The notes beneath the pieces were generated by a model that was not told where the DNA came from, did no database searches, and saw only the letters and a program-made list of their open reading frames with translations. 64,000 nt of DNA from Candidatus Latescibacterota bacterium (GTDB lineage: Bacteria; Latescibacterota; UBA2968; UBA8231), in assembly GCA_965261395.1 (NCBI GenBank), contig OZ253462.1:928001-992000 (forward strand), given 5' to 3'. The stretch's first letter is position 1; every line of letters begins with the position of its first letter. Positions 28,259 through 38,221 of the stretch are shown piece by piece. The position numbers and the translations under genes were made by a program.

Positions 28259-29302
28259 ATGACGAGACGATTCCAAGCCGACGAGTTGGAGCGGTTAGCA
28301 GCCGCCATTTTTGAGGTCCACGGCACTCCGGCCCAAGAGGCGCAGACTGTGGCCCGCCTGTTGGTACAGGCCGATCTCATGGGCCTGCCTTCGCACGGAG
28401 TATTGCGCGTACCGCAGTATGTAGAAGACATCCGTCGCGGTGCCATCGTGCCGGGCGCGGAGGTGTTGGTGCGAGAAGGTGCCGCTGCTACCGCGCTGGT
28501 GGATGGGCAGTGGAATTTCGGCCAAATTGGGGCTGGTCGGGCCACGGAGCTGGCGGTTGAGCGCGCCCAGCGGTTTGGCGTGGGCAGTGCCAGCCTGCGC
28601 CGCTGCCGTCACGTAGGGCGGCTGGGAGCGTACGCGGAACAGGCCGCGCAGGCCCAGTGCGTGGCGCTGGTCACCTGCAGCACGGCGGGCGAGGGGCATT
28701 GGGTAGCGCCGTTTGGCGGACGCGAAGGGCGGCTGGGCACCAACCCCATTTCGTTTGCCGCGCCTACCTCGAATCAGCCCGTAGTAATGGATTTTTCAAC
28801 CGCGGCCCTGCCCGAAGGACGCGTGCGCCTATACCGGGATACCGAGCAAGCGCTGCCCGAAGGGACTTTGGTAGATCGGAGCGGAGCGCCTTCCACCGCC
28901 CCCGCCGACCTGTACAAGGCCGGGGCGATCTTGCCCTTTGGCGGGGACCAAGGATACAAGGGCTTCGGCTTGGGCTTCATGGCCCAGATTTTTAGCTGCC
29001 TGCTGGGCGAGCCGACTTGGCGCGAGGAGGGGCTGGAATCCAATGCCAATACGATGTGGCTGTTGGCGGTGGATGCGGCTGCTTGGGGGGACGCCGAGCG
29101 CTTTCGCGCTGAATTGGACCGCATGATCGCCTATGTGCGCTCGGCAGCGCCGGCGCTTGGCAGCAATGGAGTGCTGGTGCCGGGAGAACGCGAATTCGCC
29201 GCGGAGACGCGCTATCGGCGCGAAGGCATCCCGGTGGAAGAAGGGGTCTGGTGCCAGCTAGTGCAGGTCGCCCAAGAAGCCGATGTGGAGATAGAGGCAT
29301 GA
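28259..29302 (+). CDS. Ldh_2 family (malate/L-lactate/ureidoglycolate-like) oxidoreductase
   Basis: SHG, HVGRLG, GTNP, YKGFGL and PGE motifs. Confidence 0.9.
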   Translation: MTRRFQADELERLAAAIFEVHGTPAQEAQTVARLLVQADLMGLPSHGVLRVPQYVEDIRRGAIVPGAEVLVREGAAATALVDGQWNFGQIGAGRATELAVERAQRFGVGSASLRRCRHVGRLGAYAEQAAQAQCVALVTCSTAGEGHWVAPFGGREGRLGTNPISFAAPTSNQPVVMDFSTAALPEGRVRLYRDTEQALPEGTLVDRSGAPSTAPADLYKAGAILPFGGDQGYKGFGLGFMAQIFSCLLGEPTWREEGLESNANTMWLLAVDAAAWGDAERFRAELDRMIAYVRSAAPALGSNGVLVPGEREFAAETRYRREGIPVEEGVWCQLVQVAQEADVEIEA

Positions 29303-30054
29303 ACGAAGAATTGCAGACCGCCGCCGAGCATCTACACGCGTATGGGTACTGCGTGCTAAAAGACCGCATACCCCGCGAGGCTGCCTTGGCTTTGGGCCGC
29401 CGCTGTCTGGCGCTACACAGCGACCCGCGTTGCTTGGACTATATCGTGGGCGACGAGTACTATCAGACCTTGTTCGGCATGCTCAACCAAGACGACGAGG
29501 TTTGGAATTGCGCTTTCCACCCGGACCCCGTAGCTCTTGCGCGGCACTTCTTGGGGCCGCGTTGCCGCGTCGTTGAAGCGTGCTCCAAGCCGACTTGGCC
29601 TGGGGCCCCCACTCAGCATTTACACGTCGATTCTGCGGGATCGTTTGCCCGAGTGCCCGATGTGCCGTGGATGATCAACAGCATCTGGATGCTCACGGAT
29701 TTTACCGCGGCCAACGGGGCCACCGGCGTCGTGCCCATGAGCCATCGGTCACGGCGGCCTAGCCCGCCGCCCGATATGGAGGCAGATAGCCCGTTGATCA
29801 AGCCCGTGGAAGGCCGGGCTGGCTCCGTGATGTTGTGGCACGGGGGGCTTTTGCACCAAGCCCGGGCCAATCAGAGCGAGGACGTGCGGATAGGGCTGAA
29901 TATCGCGTATTACCCGCCTTGGTTTAACAATTGGATTGAAGGCGGCCACCAGCCTCTGTGGCCGGAGACGTACGAACGCATGCCCGATGACTTCCGCCGC
30001 CTGTGCCCAAAGCTGTTGGGTCGCCGCCGCGCCGACCGCTATGAACAGCGGTGA
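29299..30054 (+). CDS. PhyH-family Fe(II)/2OG dioxygenase
   Basis: ATG 29299 in an ATGA overlap. Motifs LHVD, WMLTDFTAANGAT..VPMSH and LLHQARAN...R. Confidence 0.88.
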   Translation: MNEELQTAAEHLHAYGYCVLKDRIPREAALALGRRCLALHSDPRCLDYIVGDEYYQTLFGMLNQDDEVWNCAFHPDPVALARHFLGPRCRVVEACSKPTWPGAPTQHLHVDSAGSFARVPDVPWMINSIWMLTDFTAANGATGVVPMSHRSRRPSPPPDMEADSPLIKPVEGRAGSVMLWHGGLLHQARANQSEDVRIGLNIAYYPPWFNNWIEGGHQPLWPETYERMPDDFRRLCPKLLGRRRADRYEQR

Positions 30055-30149
30055 TTCACCGCGCCGTTAGGCGTGACATAACGAGCAACGGGTCTGGCCG
30101 GTGATTGCATACCGGGATGCCATCGGCGATTTCGGGAAAGGAATCCCCC

Positions 30150-30893
30150 ATGAAAACAGTGGTCTTCGGTGCCGCCGGTTGGTTAGGCCGCGCCGTCTTG
30201 CAAAACCTAGCTGGCAAACACGACATCCGCGCCTTTGACTACGGGCCTCAAGCCTGGGAGGCTTGGCGCGACCTTGACGGCGATTGGGCCGGCGGCGAAG
30301 TGATCCACGGCGATATAGCCGATTACCACGCGGTGGAGCGAGCCATCAGCGGCGTGGATTGCGTCATTCACACGGCGGTTTACTTCCGCGGCGATCCCAA
30401 CGACGACAAGCCCTTCCTCATCAACCTCAAGGGTTTGTGGAATGTCCTACAAGCGGCCCAGGAGCAGGGAATCCGCAAAGTAGTACACATCGGCTCGTGC
30501 CAGACCGTGCATCCCGAAGGTATTTTTTTCTCTTCGGAGGTGCGGCGTCCCGACGGCAGCCAGTACGCGGTGTGCAAGCGATTACAGGAGGAAATGTGCC
30601 GCCAGTTCCACGAAGCCTTCGGGCTGCCCATCGTGGTCTTGCGGCCCGACTACATCGGGGATTCGCGCTTGGGGATCGGCAAACAGCGGGAACCATTGCA
30701 GAACATCCGCAACGGCTTGGTCTGCCGCCACGATTTGGCCGAAGCCTGCCGATTGGCCTTAGAAAAGGACGAGGTGAAATTTGACGTATTGCACGTGGTC
30801 GGCATGCCCGAAGCCGACGCCACCTGCAATACGGCGCGGGGCCGGGAAGTGTTGGGCTTGGAATACAAGGGGAATTTGGACCAGTACCGCTGA
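30150..30893 (+). CDS. NAD-dependent epimerase/dehydratase
   Basis: Start MKTVVFGAAGWLG; YxxxK (YAVCK); LRP. Confidence 0.85.
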   Translation: MKTVVFGAAGWLGRAVLQNLAGKHDIRAFDYGPQAWEAWRDLDGDWAGGEVIHGDIADYHAVERAISGVDCVIHTAVYFRGDPNDDKPFLINLKGLWNVLQAAQEQGIRKVVHIGSCQTVHPEGIFFSSEVRRPDGSQYAVCKRLQEEMCRQFHEAFGLPIVVLRPDYIGDSRLGIGKQREPLQNIRNGLVCRHDLAEACRLALEKDEVKFDVLHVVGMPEADATCNTARGREVLGLEYKGNLDQYR

Positions 30894-30985
30894 GCTTGCA
30901 GAAGGCCTTGCAACGAACGGCTCCGTTGACACTGTTTAACGCCAACTCTTCCTTCGAGACCTTACTTATGAAGAGAGGAGAAAGC

Positions 30986-33937
30986 ATGAACAGACGAGTC
31001 TGTGGGGCCTTGCTGGCGCTGTTGTCGCTGTCGCTCGCGGGAGCGGTGTTTGCCGACGATGTCGATTGGCCGTACTACGGGGCCGACCAAGGCGGCACCC
31101 GCTACACCCCGGCGGATCAGATCAATCGCGACAATTTCGATCAGTTGCGCGTGGTTTGGCGCTACCGCCCCCCCGATCAGCAGATCTACGAGACGGCTGG
31201 CCCCAACCCGGAGGGACGCAGTCTCAGCTTCGACAACAATCGCGGCACGCCGCTCGCCGTCAATGGCGTGCTCTACTATGCCTCGCCCTTCAACATTCTC
31301 GTGGCTCTCGACGGCCAAAGCGGCGAGGAACTGTGGACCTTTGACCCAGAGGCTTGGCGGATGAACTTCCGCTTCTTGGGCAATTTGCGCGGAGTTAGCT
31401 ATTGGACCGATGGCGAGGTTGAGCGGGTATTCATGGCGACTTCGACTTCCCATTTGTATTCCATCGACGCCAAGACCGGCCTGCCCGACCCGGACTTCGG
31501 CGAGGGCGGGCGCGTCGATTTAGGGGCCTCGCTGCGCCGGCCGCTGGGCGAAAGGGATCGCTGGAACTACGGAGTCACATCCCAACCCGTGGTTTGCCGA
31601 AGCGTGGTCGCCGTTGGCTCGGCCATGGGCGACTGGCGCTTCCAGCCGCCGCCCGAGTATACCCCTCCGGGCGATGTGCAGGCCTTTGACGCGCGTACCG
31701 GCGAGAAGGTATGGGAATTCCACACGATCCCACTGGAGGACGAGTACGGCAATGAGACGTGGGAAAGTGATGCGTGGAAAAAATACGGCGCGGCCAACGT
31801 CTGGGCTACAATGACGGCCGACGAGGAACTGGGGTACTTCTACCTACCAGTGAGCACGGCCAGCCACGACTACTACGGCGGCGAGCGCCCCGGCGACAAC
31901 CTCTTCAGCGAGTCGGTCGTCTGCCTTCAAGCAGAGACCGGCGAGCGGGTTTGGCACTATCAGCTCGTCCATCACGGTCTGTGGGACTACGACCCGCCGG
32001 TCGCTCCCCTGCTGTTGGACGTGGTCGTCGATGGCCAACAGCGCAAGGTCGTCGCCCAGCTAACCAAACAAGCCTTTTGCTTTGTCTTTGATCGCGTGAC
32101 CGGCGAGCCGATCTGGCCGATCGTCGAAAAGCCCGTTCCCCAATCGCAAGTGCCCAGCGAAAAGACCTCGCCGACGCAGCCTTTTCCGACCAAGCCGGCC
32201 CCTTTCGAGCGCCAAGGCATCAGTGAAGACGATCTTATTGACTTTACGCCCGAGTTGCGCGAGGAAGCCAAGGCCATTCTCGCTGAATACGATTATGGTC
32301 CGCTCTACACGCCACCGACGGAGAAGGGCGTCTTGTCGGTTCCAGGCCAATGGGGTGGTGCTGACTGGGCGGGGGGTGCGGCGGATCCTAGTACGGGCGT
32401 GCTCTACGTGCCATCGCACATGGCCATCACCACCGTGCAGTTGCATCCGGTAGATGACCCGGAGGCGCACTCGGAGTTTTCTGCTAACAACAACATGCAC
32501 GTCGTCGGCCCCCGAGGTCTGCCGCTGGTCAAGCCCCCGTACGGCAGTATCACGGCGATTGACCTCAACAGCGGTGAGCATATATGGCGGACGACGGTGG
32601 GCAAGGGCCCGGTCAATCACCCGGCGCTCAAGGGCCTCGACCTGCCGGATATGGGCTGGGACAACCGCACCTTCGTCTTGGCTACGCCGAACCTCCTGTT
32701 GGCCACTTCGCAGGACCCGCACGGCCTAGCCGACGCCGGCGAGGATTACTTCGTCGATCGCGATGCCTATCTGCGGGCGTACGAGCTATCGTCGGGTCGG
32801 GAGATTGACCGCGTCGAACTGCCTAGCAATGCCTATGGCGCGCCGATGAGCTATATGGCCGACGGGCGTCAATACGTGGTCGTGCCGCTGGGCAACTATC
32901 TAGGTGAGTCAGGTCGCCCGCCCGAATTGATCGCCTTGGCCATTCCACACGAGGGTGAGGAACTGCCGCCCCAAGGGCGCGACCGGAGCGACGCCGACCA
33001 CCGGGCCTTCTACGAGGCCGTAAAAGCCATCGATGCCGGAGACCGCGAGACGCTACAGAAACTGCTCGCGGAGTACCCCGAGCTAACGACGGCGCGTGGC
33101 TATTTCGATGAGTACTACGAATATCCTTACTTTCGTGGAGCTACTCTCTTGCACCATGCGGCTGGCGAGCCACAACGAGTGCCGCTGCCTGAGAATGCGG
33201 TTGAATTAGCCGCTGCCCTGCTCGCCGCCGGTGCCGACCCCAACGCCGCCACGTATGACTCGGTCGCCGTGCTGGACTTGGTGATAAGCAGTGCCCAGCT
33301 CGGTTGGGCTGGGAATAAGGACGAGATGGTTCAGCTCTTGGCCGCCGAGGGCGTGGACTTAGGGCGCAACCGAGGTCGGGTGCTGTGGGATGCACTTATC
33401 GAGGGAGAATTGGAGCTAGCTCGCATGTTGATTGCGGCGGGTGCGCCCGTGGATTTGCGCTTTGCTGCCGGGGTCAACCGCGTTGATCTGATGGCGGAGT
33501 TCTTCGACTCGGAGGGCAAGTTGAAAGAGGGAACCGGCCACCTGTACCATCCCAACCCGGACACCTTGCTAACCGCCGAGCAGATTGTGGTGGAAGCGCT
33601 TAACTTTGCGGCTTATAGCGGCGCGTTGGAAGCGGCGGAATTCTTGCTGGATCGCGGTGCGGATATCGACGGCTTTGCCGGTGAGTTTCACCGCTACGAC
33701 CACGGCAGTACGCCTCTGCACAAAGCCGCCATGGCCAACCAGCTAGAGATGGCCCGCCTGCTCTTGGCGCGGGGCGCGAACTCGCTCCTGGGGGACCGGG
33801 CCTACGACACCACGCCTTATGGGTGGACCAACTACTTGGACACCTCTAAGGCCTTCGACGAGCTGCTCAAAGAGCACTATGAGGCCGCCGTAGAGCAGGC
33901 GGGTCCCCGAACGGAAGAGGAGAAATCCGATGAATAA
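30986..33937 (+). CDS. Secreted PQQ-dependent (glucose/quinate-DH-like) dehydrogenase fused to C-terminal ankyrin repeats, copy 1
   Basis: ATG 30986 after GAGGAG, then a signal peptide. Motifs DWPYYG...TRY, RGVSYW, GAANVW, HHGLWDYD and KPPYG. C-terminal LLHHAA, GADPN and TPLHKAA. Confidence 0.85.
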   Translation: MNRRVCGALLALLSLSLAGAVFADDVDWPYYGADQGGTRYTPADQINRDNFDQLRVVWRYRPPDQQIYETAGPNPEGRSLSFDNNRGTPLAVNGVLYYASPFNILVALDGQSGEELWTFDPEAWRMNFRFLGNLRGVSYWTDGEVERVFMATSTSHLYSIDAKTGLPDPDFGEGGRVDLGASLRRPLGERDRWNYGVTSQPVVCRSVVAVGSAMGDWRFQPPPEYTPPGDVQAFDARTGEKVWEFHTIPLEDEYGNETWESDAWKKYGAANVWATMTADEELGYFYLPVSTASHDYYGGERPGDNLFSESVVCLQAETGERVWHYQLVHHGLWDYDPPVAPLLLDVVVDGQQRKVVAQLTKQAFCFVFDRVTGEPIWPIVEKPVPQSQVPSEKTSPTQPFPTKPAPFERQGISEDDLIDFTPELREEAKAILAEYDYGPLYTPPTEKGVLSVPGQWGGADWAGGAADPSTGVLYVPSHMAITTVQLHPVDDPEAHSEFSANNNMHVVGPRGLPLVKPPYGSITAIDLNSGEHIWRTTVGKGPVNHPALKGLDLPDMGWDNRTFVLATPNLLLATSQDPHGLADAGEDYFVDRDAYLRAYELSSGREIDRVELPSNAYGAPMSYMADGRQYVVVPLGNYLGESGRPPELIALAIPHEGEELPPQGRDRSDADHRAFYEAVKAIDAGDRETLQKLLAEYPELTTARGYFDEYYEYPYFRGATLLHHAAGEPQRVPLPENAVELAAALLAAGADPNAATYDSVAVLDLVISSAQLGWAGNKDEMVQLLAAEGVDLGRNRGRVLWDALIEGELELARMLIAAGAPVDLRFAAGVNRVDLMAEFFDSEGKLKEGTGHLYHPNPDTLLTAEQIVVEALNFAAYSGALEAAEFLLDRGADIDGFAGEFHRYDHGSTPLHKAAMANQLEMARLLLARGANSLLGDRAYDTTPYGWTNYLDTSKAFDELLKEHYEAAVEQAGPRTEEEKSDE

Positions 33938-36878
33938 ACGCGCCTGCCGGCCCTTAGCGATCGCATTGTCGCTTTCGCTCGCGTCTGCGGCGTTTGCCGA
34001 CGATGTCGATTGGCCGTACTACGGGGCCGATCAGGGCGGCACCCGCTACACCCCCGCCGACCAGATCAACCGCGACAACTTCGATCAATTGCGCGTGGTT
34101 TGGCGCTACCGGCCCCGCGACGTACAGATCTACGAGACGGCGAGAGCTAACCGAAGCCAGGAACGGGGTCGCGGTCGGGGCGGTTGGGGGCGCGGTGGTC
34201 TCCGCTTTGACAACAACCGAGGCACGCCGGTCGCCATTAACGGCGTGCTTTACTATGGCTCGCCCTACAACATCCTCTCGGCCATTGACGGCCAAAGCGG
34301 CGAGGAATTATGGGCGTTCGACCCGGAGTCTTGGCAGGCCAGTTCCGCTTTCGTGGGCAATTCGCGCGGGGTGAGCTATTGGACCGATGGCGAGGTGGAG
34401 CGGGTGTTTATCGCGACATCAACCGCCCATCTGTACTCCATAGACGCCAAGACCGGCCTCCCCGACTCGACTTTTGGCGAGGGCGGGCGCGTCGATTTGG
34501 GAGCCTTACTGCGCCGGCCGTTGAGCGAACGGGAGCGCAGGGGCTACGGAGTCTCGGCCCCACCCGTGGTGTGCCGGGGCGTGGTCGCCGTTGGCTCGGC
34601 GATTGTGGATGTGCGTGGCCGACCGCCAGCTGAGTACATACCGCCGGGTGATGTGCAGGCCTTTGACGCGCGTACCGGCGAGAAAGTATGGGAATTCCAC
34701 ACGATCCCGCAGGAAGGCGAGTACGGCAACGAGACGTGGGGGTACGAGGCGTGGAAGACCTACGGCGCGGCCAATGTGTGGGCTACGATGACGGCCGACG
34801 ACGAGTTGGGCTATCTCTACCTGCCAGTGAGTACGGCCAGCCACGACTACTACGGCGGCGAGCGCCCCGGCGACAACCTGTTCAGCGAGTCGGTGGTCTG
34901 TCTAAAGGCCGAGACCGGCGAGCGGGTTTGGCACTATCAGCTCGTCCACCACGGCCTGTGGGACTACGACCCGCCGGTCGCTCCCCTGCTGTTGGACGTG
35001 GTCGTCGATGGCCAAGAGCGCAAGGTCGTCGCTCAGCTAACCAAACAGGCCTTTTGCTTTGTCTTTGACCGCATAACCGGCGAGCCGATCTGGCCAATCG
35101 AGGAAAAGTCGGTGCCCCAATCTCAAGTGCCAGGTGAAAAGACCTCGCCGACGCAGCCGTTTCCGACCAAACCAGCGGCCTTCGAGCGCCAAGGCATCAG
35201 TGAAGACGACCTGATTGACTTCACGCCTGAGTTGCGCGAAGAAGCCGAGGCCATTCTCGCCGAGTACGACTACGGTCCGCTCTACGCGCCGCCGACCGAG
35301 AAGGGCGTTTTGTCGGTTCCGGGCCAAGTCGGCGGTGCCGACTGGGCTGGGGGCGCGGCGGATCCGCGCACGGGCGTGCTGTATGTGCCGTCGCACATGA
35401 TCATCACCAACGTGGAACTGCGGCCGGTGCGCGACCTAGATGCGTATTCGGCATTTTCTGCCAGCGCCGGACGGCAGATCCTCGGCCCGCGCGGTCTGCC
35501 GCTGGTCAAGCCCCCGTACGGCAGCATCACGGCGATTGACCTGAATAGCGGCGAGCATATATGGCGGACGACGGTGGGCAAAGGTCCGGTCAATCACCCG
35601 GCACTCAAGGGCCTCGACCTGCCAGATATGGGCTGGAACAACCGCACCTTTATCTTGGCCACGCCGAATCTCCTGTTGGCTACTTCCGATGACCCGCACG
35701 ACCTAGCCGACGCTGGCAGGGACTACTTTGTCGATCGCGACGCATACCTGCGGGCGTACGAACTGGCGTCGGGCGCGGGAATCGGCCGCGTTGAATTGCC
35801 CAGCAACGCCTATGGCGCGCCGATGAGCTATACGGCCGGCGGTCGCCAATACGTGGTCGTGCCGCTGGGCAACGGAGAGCGCCCGCCCGAATTGGTCGCC
35901 TTGGCCATTCCGCACGAAGACGAGGAACTGCCGCCCCAGGGCCGCGACCGCAGCGACGCCGGCCACAAAGCCTTTTACGAGGCGGTAGAAGCTATCGACG
36001 CCGGCGACAGCGAGACGCTACAGAAACTACTCGCGGAGTACTCCGAGCTAGCGACGGCGCGCGGCTATTTCGACGAGTACTACGAATACCCCCATTTTCG
36101 CGGGGCCACGCTCTTGCACCACCTCGCCGGCGAGCCGCAACGAGTGCCGCTGCCCGAAAACGCGGTTGAACTAGCCGCGGCCCTGATCTCAGCCGGTGCC
36201 GACCCCAACGCCGCCACGTACGACTCGATCAGCGTGTTGGATATGTTCATAGAAAGCGACCAGCTCGAATGGGCCGAGAGCAAGCCCGAAATGATCCAAC
36301 TCCTAGTGACCAACGGCGTGGACGTGAACCGCAACCGGGGCCAAATTTTATGGAACGCGCTGAGAGAGAGGGATATAGAGCTGGCGCGCATGTTGGTCGC
36401 CGAGGGGGCGACCGTGGATTTGCGATTTGCCGCTGGTGTCAACCGCGTTGATCTGATGGCCGAGTTCTTCGACTCCGAGGGCCAGCTAAAAGAGGGGATC
36501 GGCCACCTCTATCACCCGGATCCTGACATGGTGCTGACCGCCGAGCAGATTATGGTGGAAGCACTCAATCTTGCGGCCTATAGCGGCGCGCTGGAAGCGG
36601 CGGAATTTTTGCTGGATCGCGGCGCGGACGTCAACGGGTATGCCCGTGGGTTTAGCCGGTACGACCGCGGCAGTACGCCCCTACATAAAACCGTCATGGC
36701 CGACCAGCTAGAGATCGCCCAGTTGCTCTTGGCGCGAGGCGCTGACCCCCTGTTGGGAGATTGGCGCTTTGAGATCACGCCTTATGAGTGGTCCAGCTAC
36801 ATGAATACCTCTAAGGCCCTCGACGAGCTGCTCAAAGAGCACCATGAGGCCGCCTTAGAGCGGGCGGACGCGGACTAG
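33930..36878 (+). CDS. Secreted PQQ-dependent dehydrogenase-ankyrin fusion, copy 2
   Basis: Same architecture and motifs as copy 1. The start overlaps the copy 1 stop. Confidence 0.85.
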   Translation: MNKRACRPLAIALSLSLASAAFADDVDWPYYGADQGGTRYTPADQINRDNFDQLRVVWRYRPRDVQIYETARANRSQERGRGRGGWGRGGLRFDNNRGTPVAINGVLYYGSPYNILSAIDGQSGEELWAFDPESWQASSAFVGNSRGVSYWTDGEVERVFIATSTAHLYSIDAKTGLPDSTFGEGGRVDLGALLRRPLSERERRGYGVSAPPVVCRGVVAVGSAIVDVRGRPPAEYIPPGDVQAFDARTGEKVWEFHTIPQEGEYGNETWGYEAWKTYGAANVWATMTADDELGYLYLPVSTASHDYYGGERPGDNLFSESVVCLKAETGERVWHYQLVHHGLWDYDPPVAPLLLDVVVDGQERKVVAQLTKQAFCFVFDRITGEPIWPIEEKSVPQSQVPGEKTSPTQPFPTKPAAFERQGISEDDLIDFTPELREEAEAILAEYDYGPLYAPPTEKGVLSVPGQVGGADWAGGAADPRTGVLYVPSHMIITNVELRPVRDLDAYSAFSASAGRQILGPRGLPLVKPPYGSITAIDLNSGEHIWRTTVGKGPVNHPALKGLDLPDMGWNNRTFILATPNLLLATSDDPHDLADAGRDYFVDRDAYLRAYELASGAGIGRVELPSNAYGAPMSYTAGGRQYVVVPLGNGERPPELVALAIPHEDEELPPQGRDRSDAGHKAFYEAVEAIDAGDSETLQKLLAEYSELATARGYFDEYYEYPHFRGATLLHHLAGEPQRVPLPENAVELAAALISAGADPNAATYDSISVLDMFIESDQLEWAESKPEMIQLLVTNGVDVNRNRGQILWNALRERDIELARMLVAEGATVDLRFAAGVNRVDLMAEFFDSEGQLKEGIGHLYHPDPDMVLTAEQIMVEALNLAAYSGALEAAEFLLDRGADVNGYARGFSRYDRGSTPLHKTVMADQLEIAQLLLARGADPLLGDWRFEITPYEWSSYMNTSKALDELLKEHHEAALERADAD

Positions 36879-36993
36879 GCACCGCACCTTTGAGGATTCG
36901 CCGGGTGAAATGTGCTTGGCAAATTCAAGGCGCAAAGATAAAAGTGCATAGACGAGCCTCTCGGATCGCTGTGGGCATAAAAGATGGAGCATC

Positions 36994-38196
36994 ATGGGCC
37001 AAAAGACAGAACCGTTAGATGAAAGGCTGCGCGAGTTGTTCGGCTCGGACGCCCACAGCGAGGGCCCACTGGCTGCCAGCGGTGCCGGGCGGCGCTTTAC
37101 CGGCATAGATCTGTGCCGCCCGCTCAATCCCGAGCAGGTCTCCTTCCTGCTGGACGCCCTGAGCCAGTTTCGTATCGTCAGCATTGCCGGGCAGGACTTG
37201 GAAGCCTTTTCTCTAGCCCACTTCGAGCGCTTCGCCAACCACTGGGGCGCGCCGGTACCGCACCCCAACAACTTCATGCGCGGGGGTAAACCGGCTCAGC
37301 AAGATGGCGACAGCGACGGTCCCTTTGAGCTAATTCCCTTTGAGCGCCGCTCGGCCGCTGCGGTCAACGCCGCCTTCCCCGGCCAACTGCAATGCCTGCC
37401 GCACGAGTCGCCTGCGGTGCTGGTCGTATCCAACTTTCGGGGGGAACTCAGTGCGGCTCCCGTCGGAGTGACCGGGGGCGGCTCGTGGCACACGGACATT
37501 GAGTACGAGCCCTTGCCGATCTACGTCTCGATGTTTCTCGCCCACAAGTCGCCGGTCGATGCCCCAGGCGGGAACTGGGTGCAAGCACCAGAGGACGACA
37601 AGGTTCATCCGTACTACGAAGGCTCGGATAGCGAACTCATGCGGTTGCGCAAGCGCCTGCCGTTGAACGGCGAGACGGCCTTTGCCGACACCGCAGCAGC
37701 CTTTGCCGCACTGCCGCCGACAGAACAGGCAACTCTGGAGCAAATTCAGTTGCGGCGGCGGTTGAACGAGGGAGACGAAGGCTGGCTCGCCCCGCTGGTG
37801 CGCACCAACCCGCGTTCTGGCATCAAGTCCCTGCACAGTCCAATCTGGGCGTCGCGGCCAAGGGTGCGGCCGGCGGTCGAGGTGGAAGGGATGTCCGCGG
37901 AAGCATCGCGCGCGTTTCTCGACCGGCTCGAAGCGCATGTGCTGCAGCCGCAGTTCCGCTACGACCACCCGCACGCGTTAGGCGATGTGACGCTGTGGGA
38001 CAACTACATGACCCTGCACAATTCGCCGCCGATCAAGTCGAATATCAACTCGCTTGACGATGCCCGGCTGCTGTACCGCTTGAGCTGCAAGGGCGAGCCG
38101 GCCCTGTCACTGCCGCGACGCGATGCGCCGGAGTGGAGCGCCGCCCATATCCCCGGCGGCTACGCCACGCCTTTGGAGATTCTCTGCATCGCTTAA
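36994..38196 (+). CDS. TauD/TfdA-family dioxygenase
   Basis: WHTD, GETAFAD, PLVRTNP and LWDNYMTLH...R motifs. Confidence 0.85.
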   Translation: MGQKTEPLDERLRELFGSDAHSEGPLAASGAGRRFTGIDLCRPLNPEQVSFLLDALSQFRIVSIAGQDLEAFSLAHFERFANHWGAPVPHPNNFMRGGKPAQQDGDSDGPFELIPFERRSAAAVNAAFPGQLQCLPHESPAVLVVSNFRGELSAAPVGVTGGGSWHTDIEYEPLPIYVSMFLAHKSPVDAPGGNWVQAPEDDKVHPYYEGSDSELMRLRKRLPLNGETAFADTAAAFAALPPTEQATLEQIQLRRRLNEGDEGWLAPLVRTNPRSGIKSLHSPIWASRPRVRPAVEVEGMSAEASRAFLDRLEAHVLQPQFRYDHPHALGDVTLWDNYMTLHNSPPIKSNINSLDDARLLYRLSCKGEPALSLPRRDAPEWSAAHIPGGYATPLEILCIA

Positions 38197-38221
38197 AAAT
38201 CTCGATGCGGCTAGCCTCGGA

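Larger units (their letters stand above)
30986..36878 (+). repeat. Tandem duplication of about 2.95 kb (two paralogous genes)
   Basis: Long near-identical DNA tracts, e.g. about 31860-32110 vs about 34837-35087. Confidence 0.9.
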
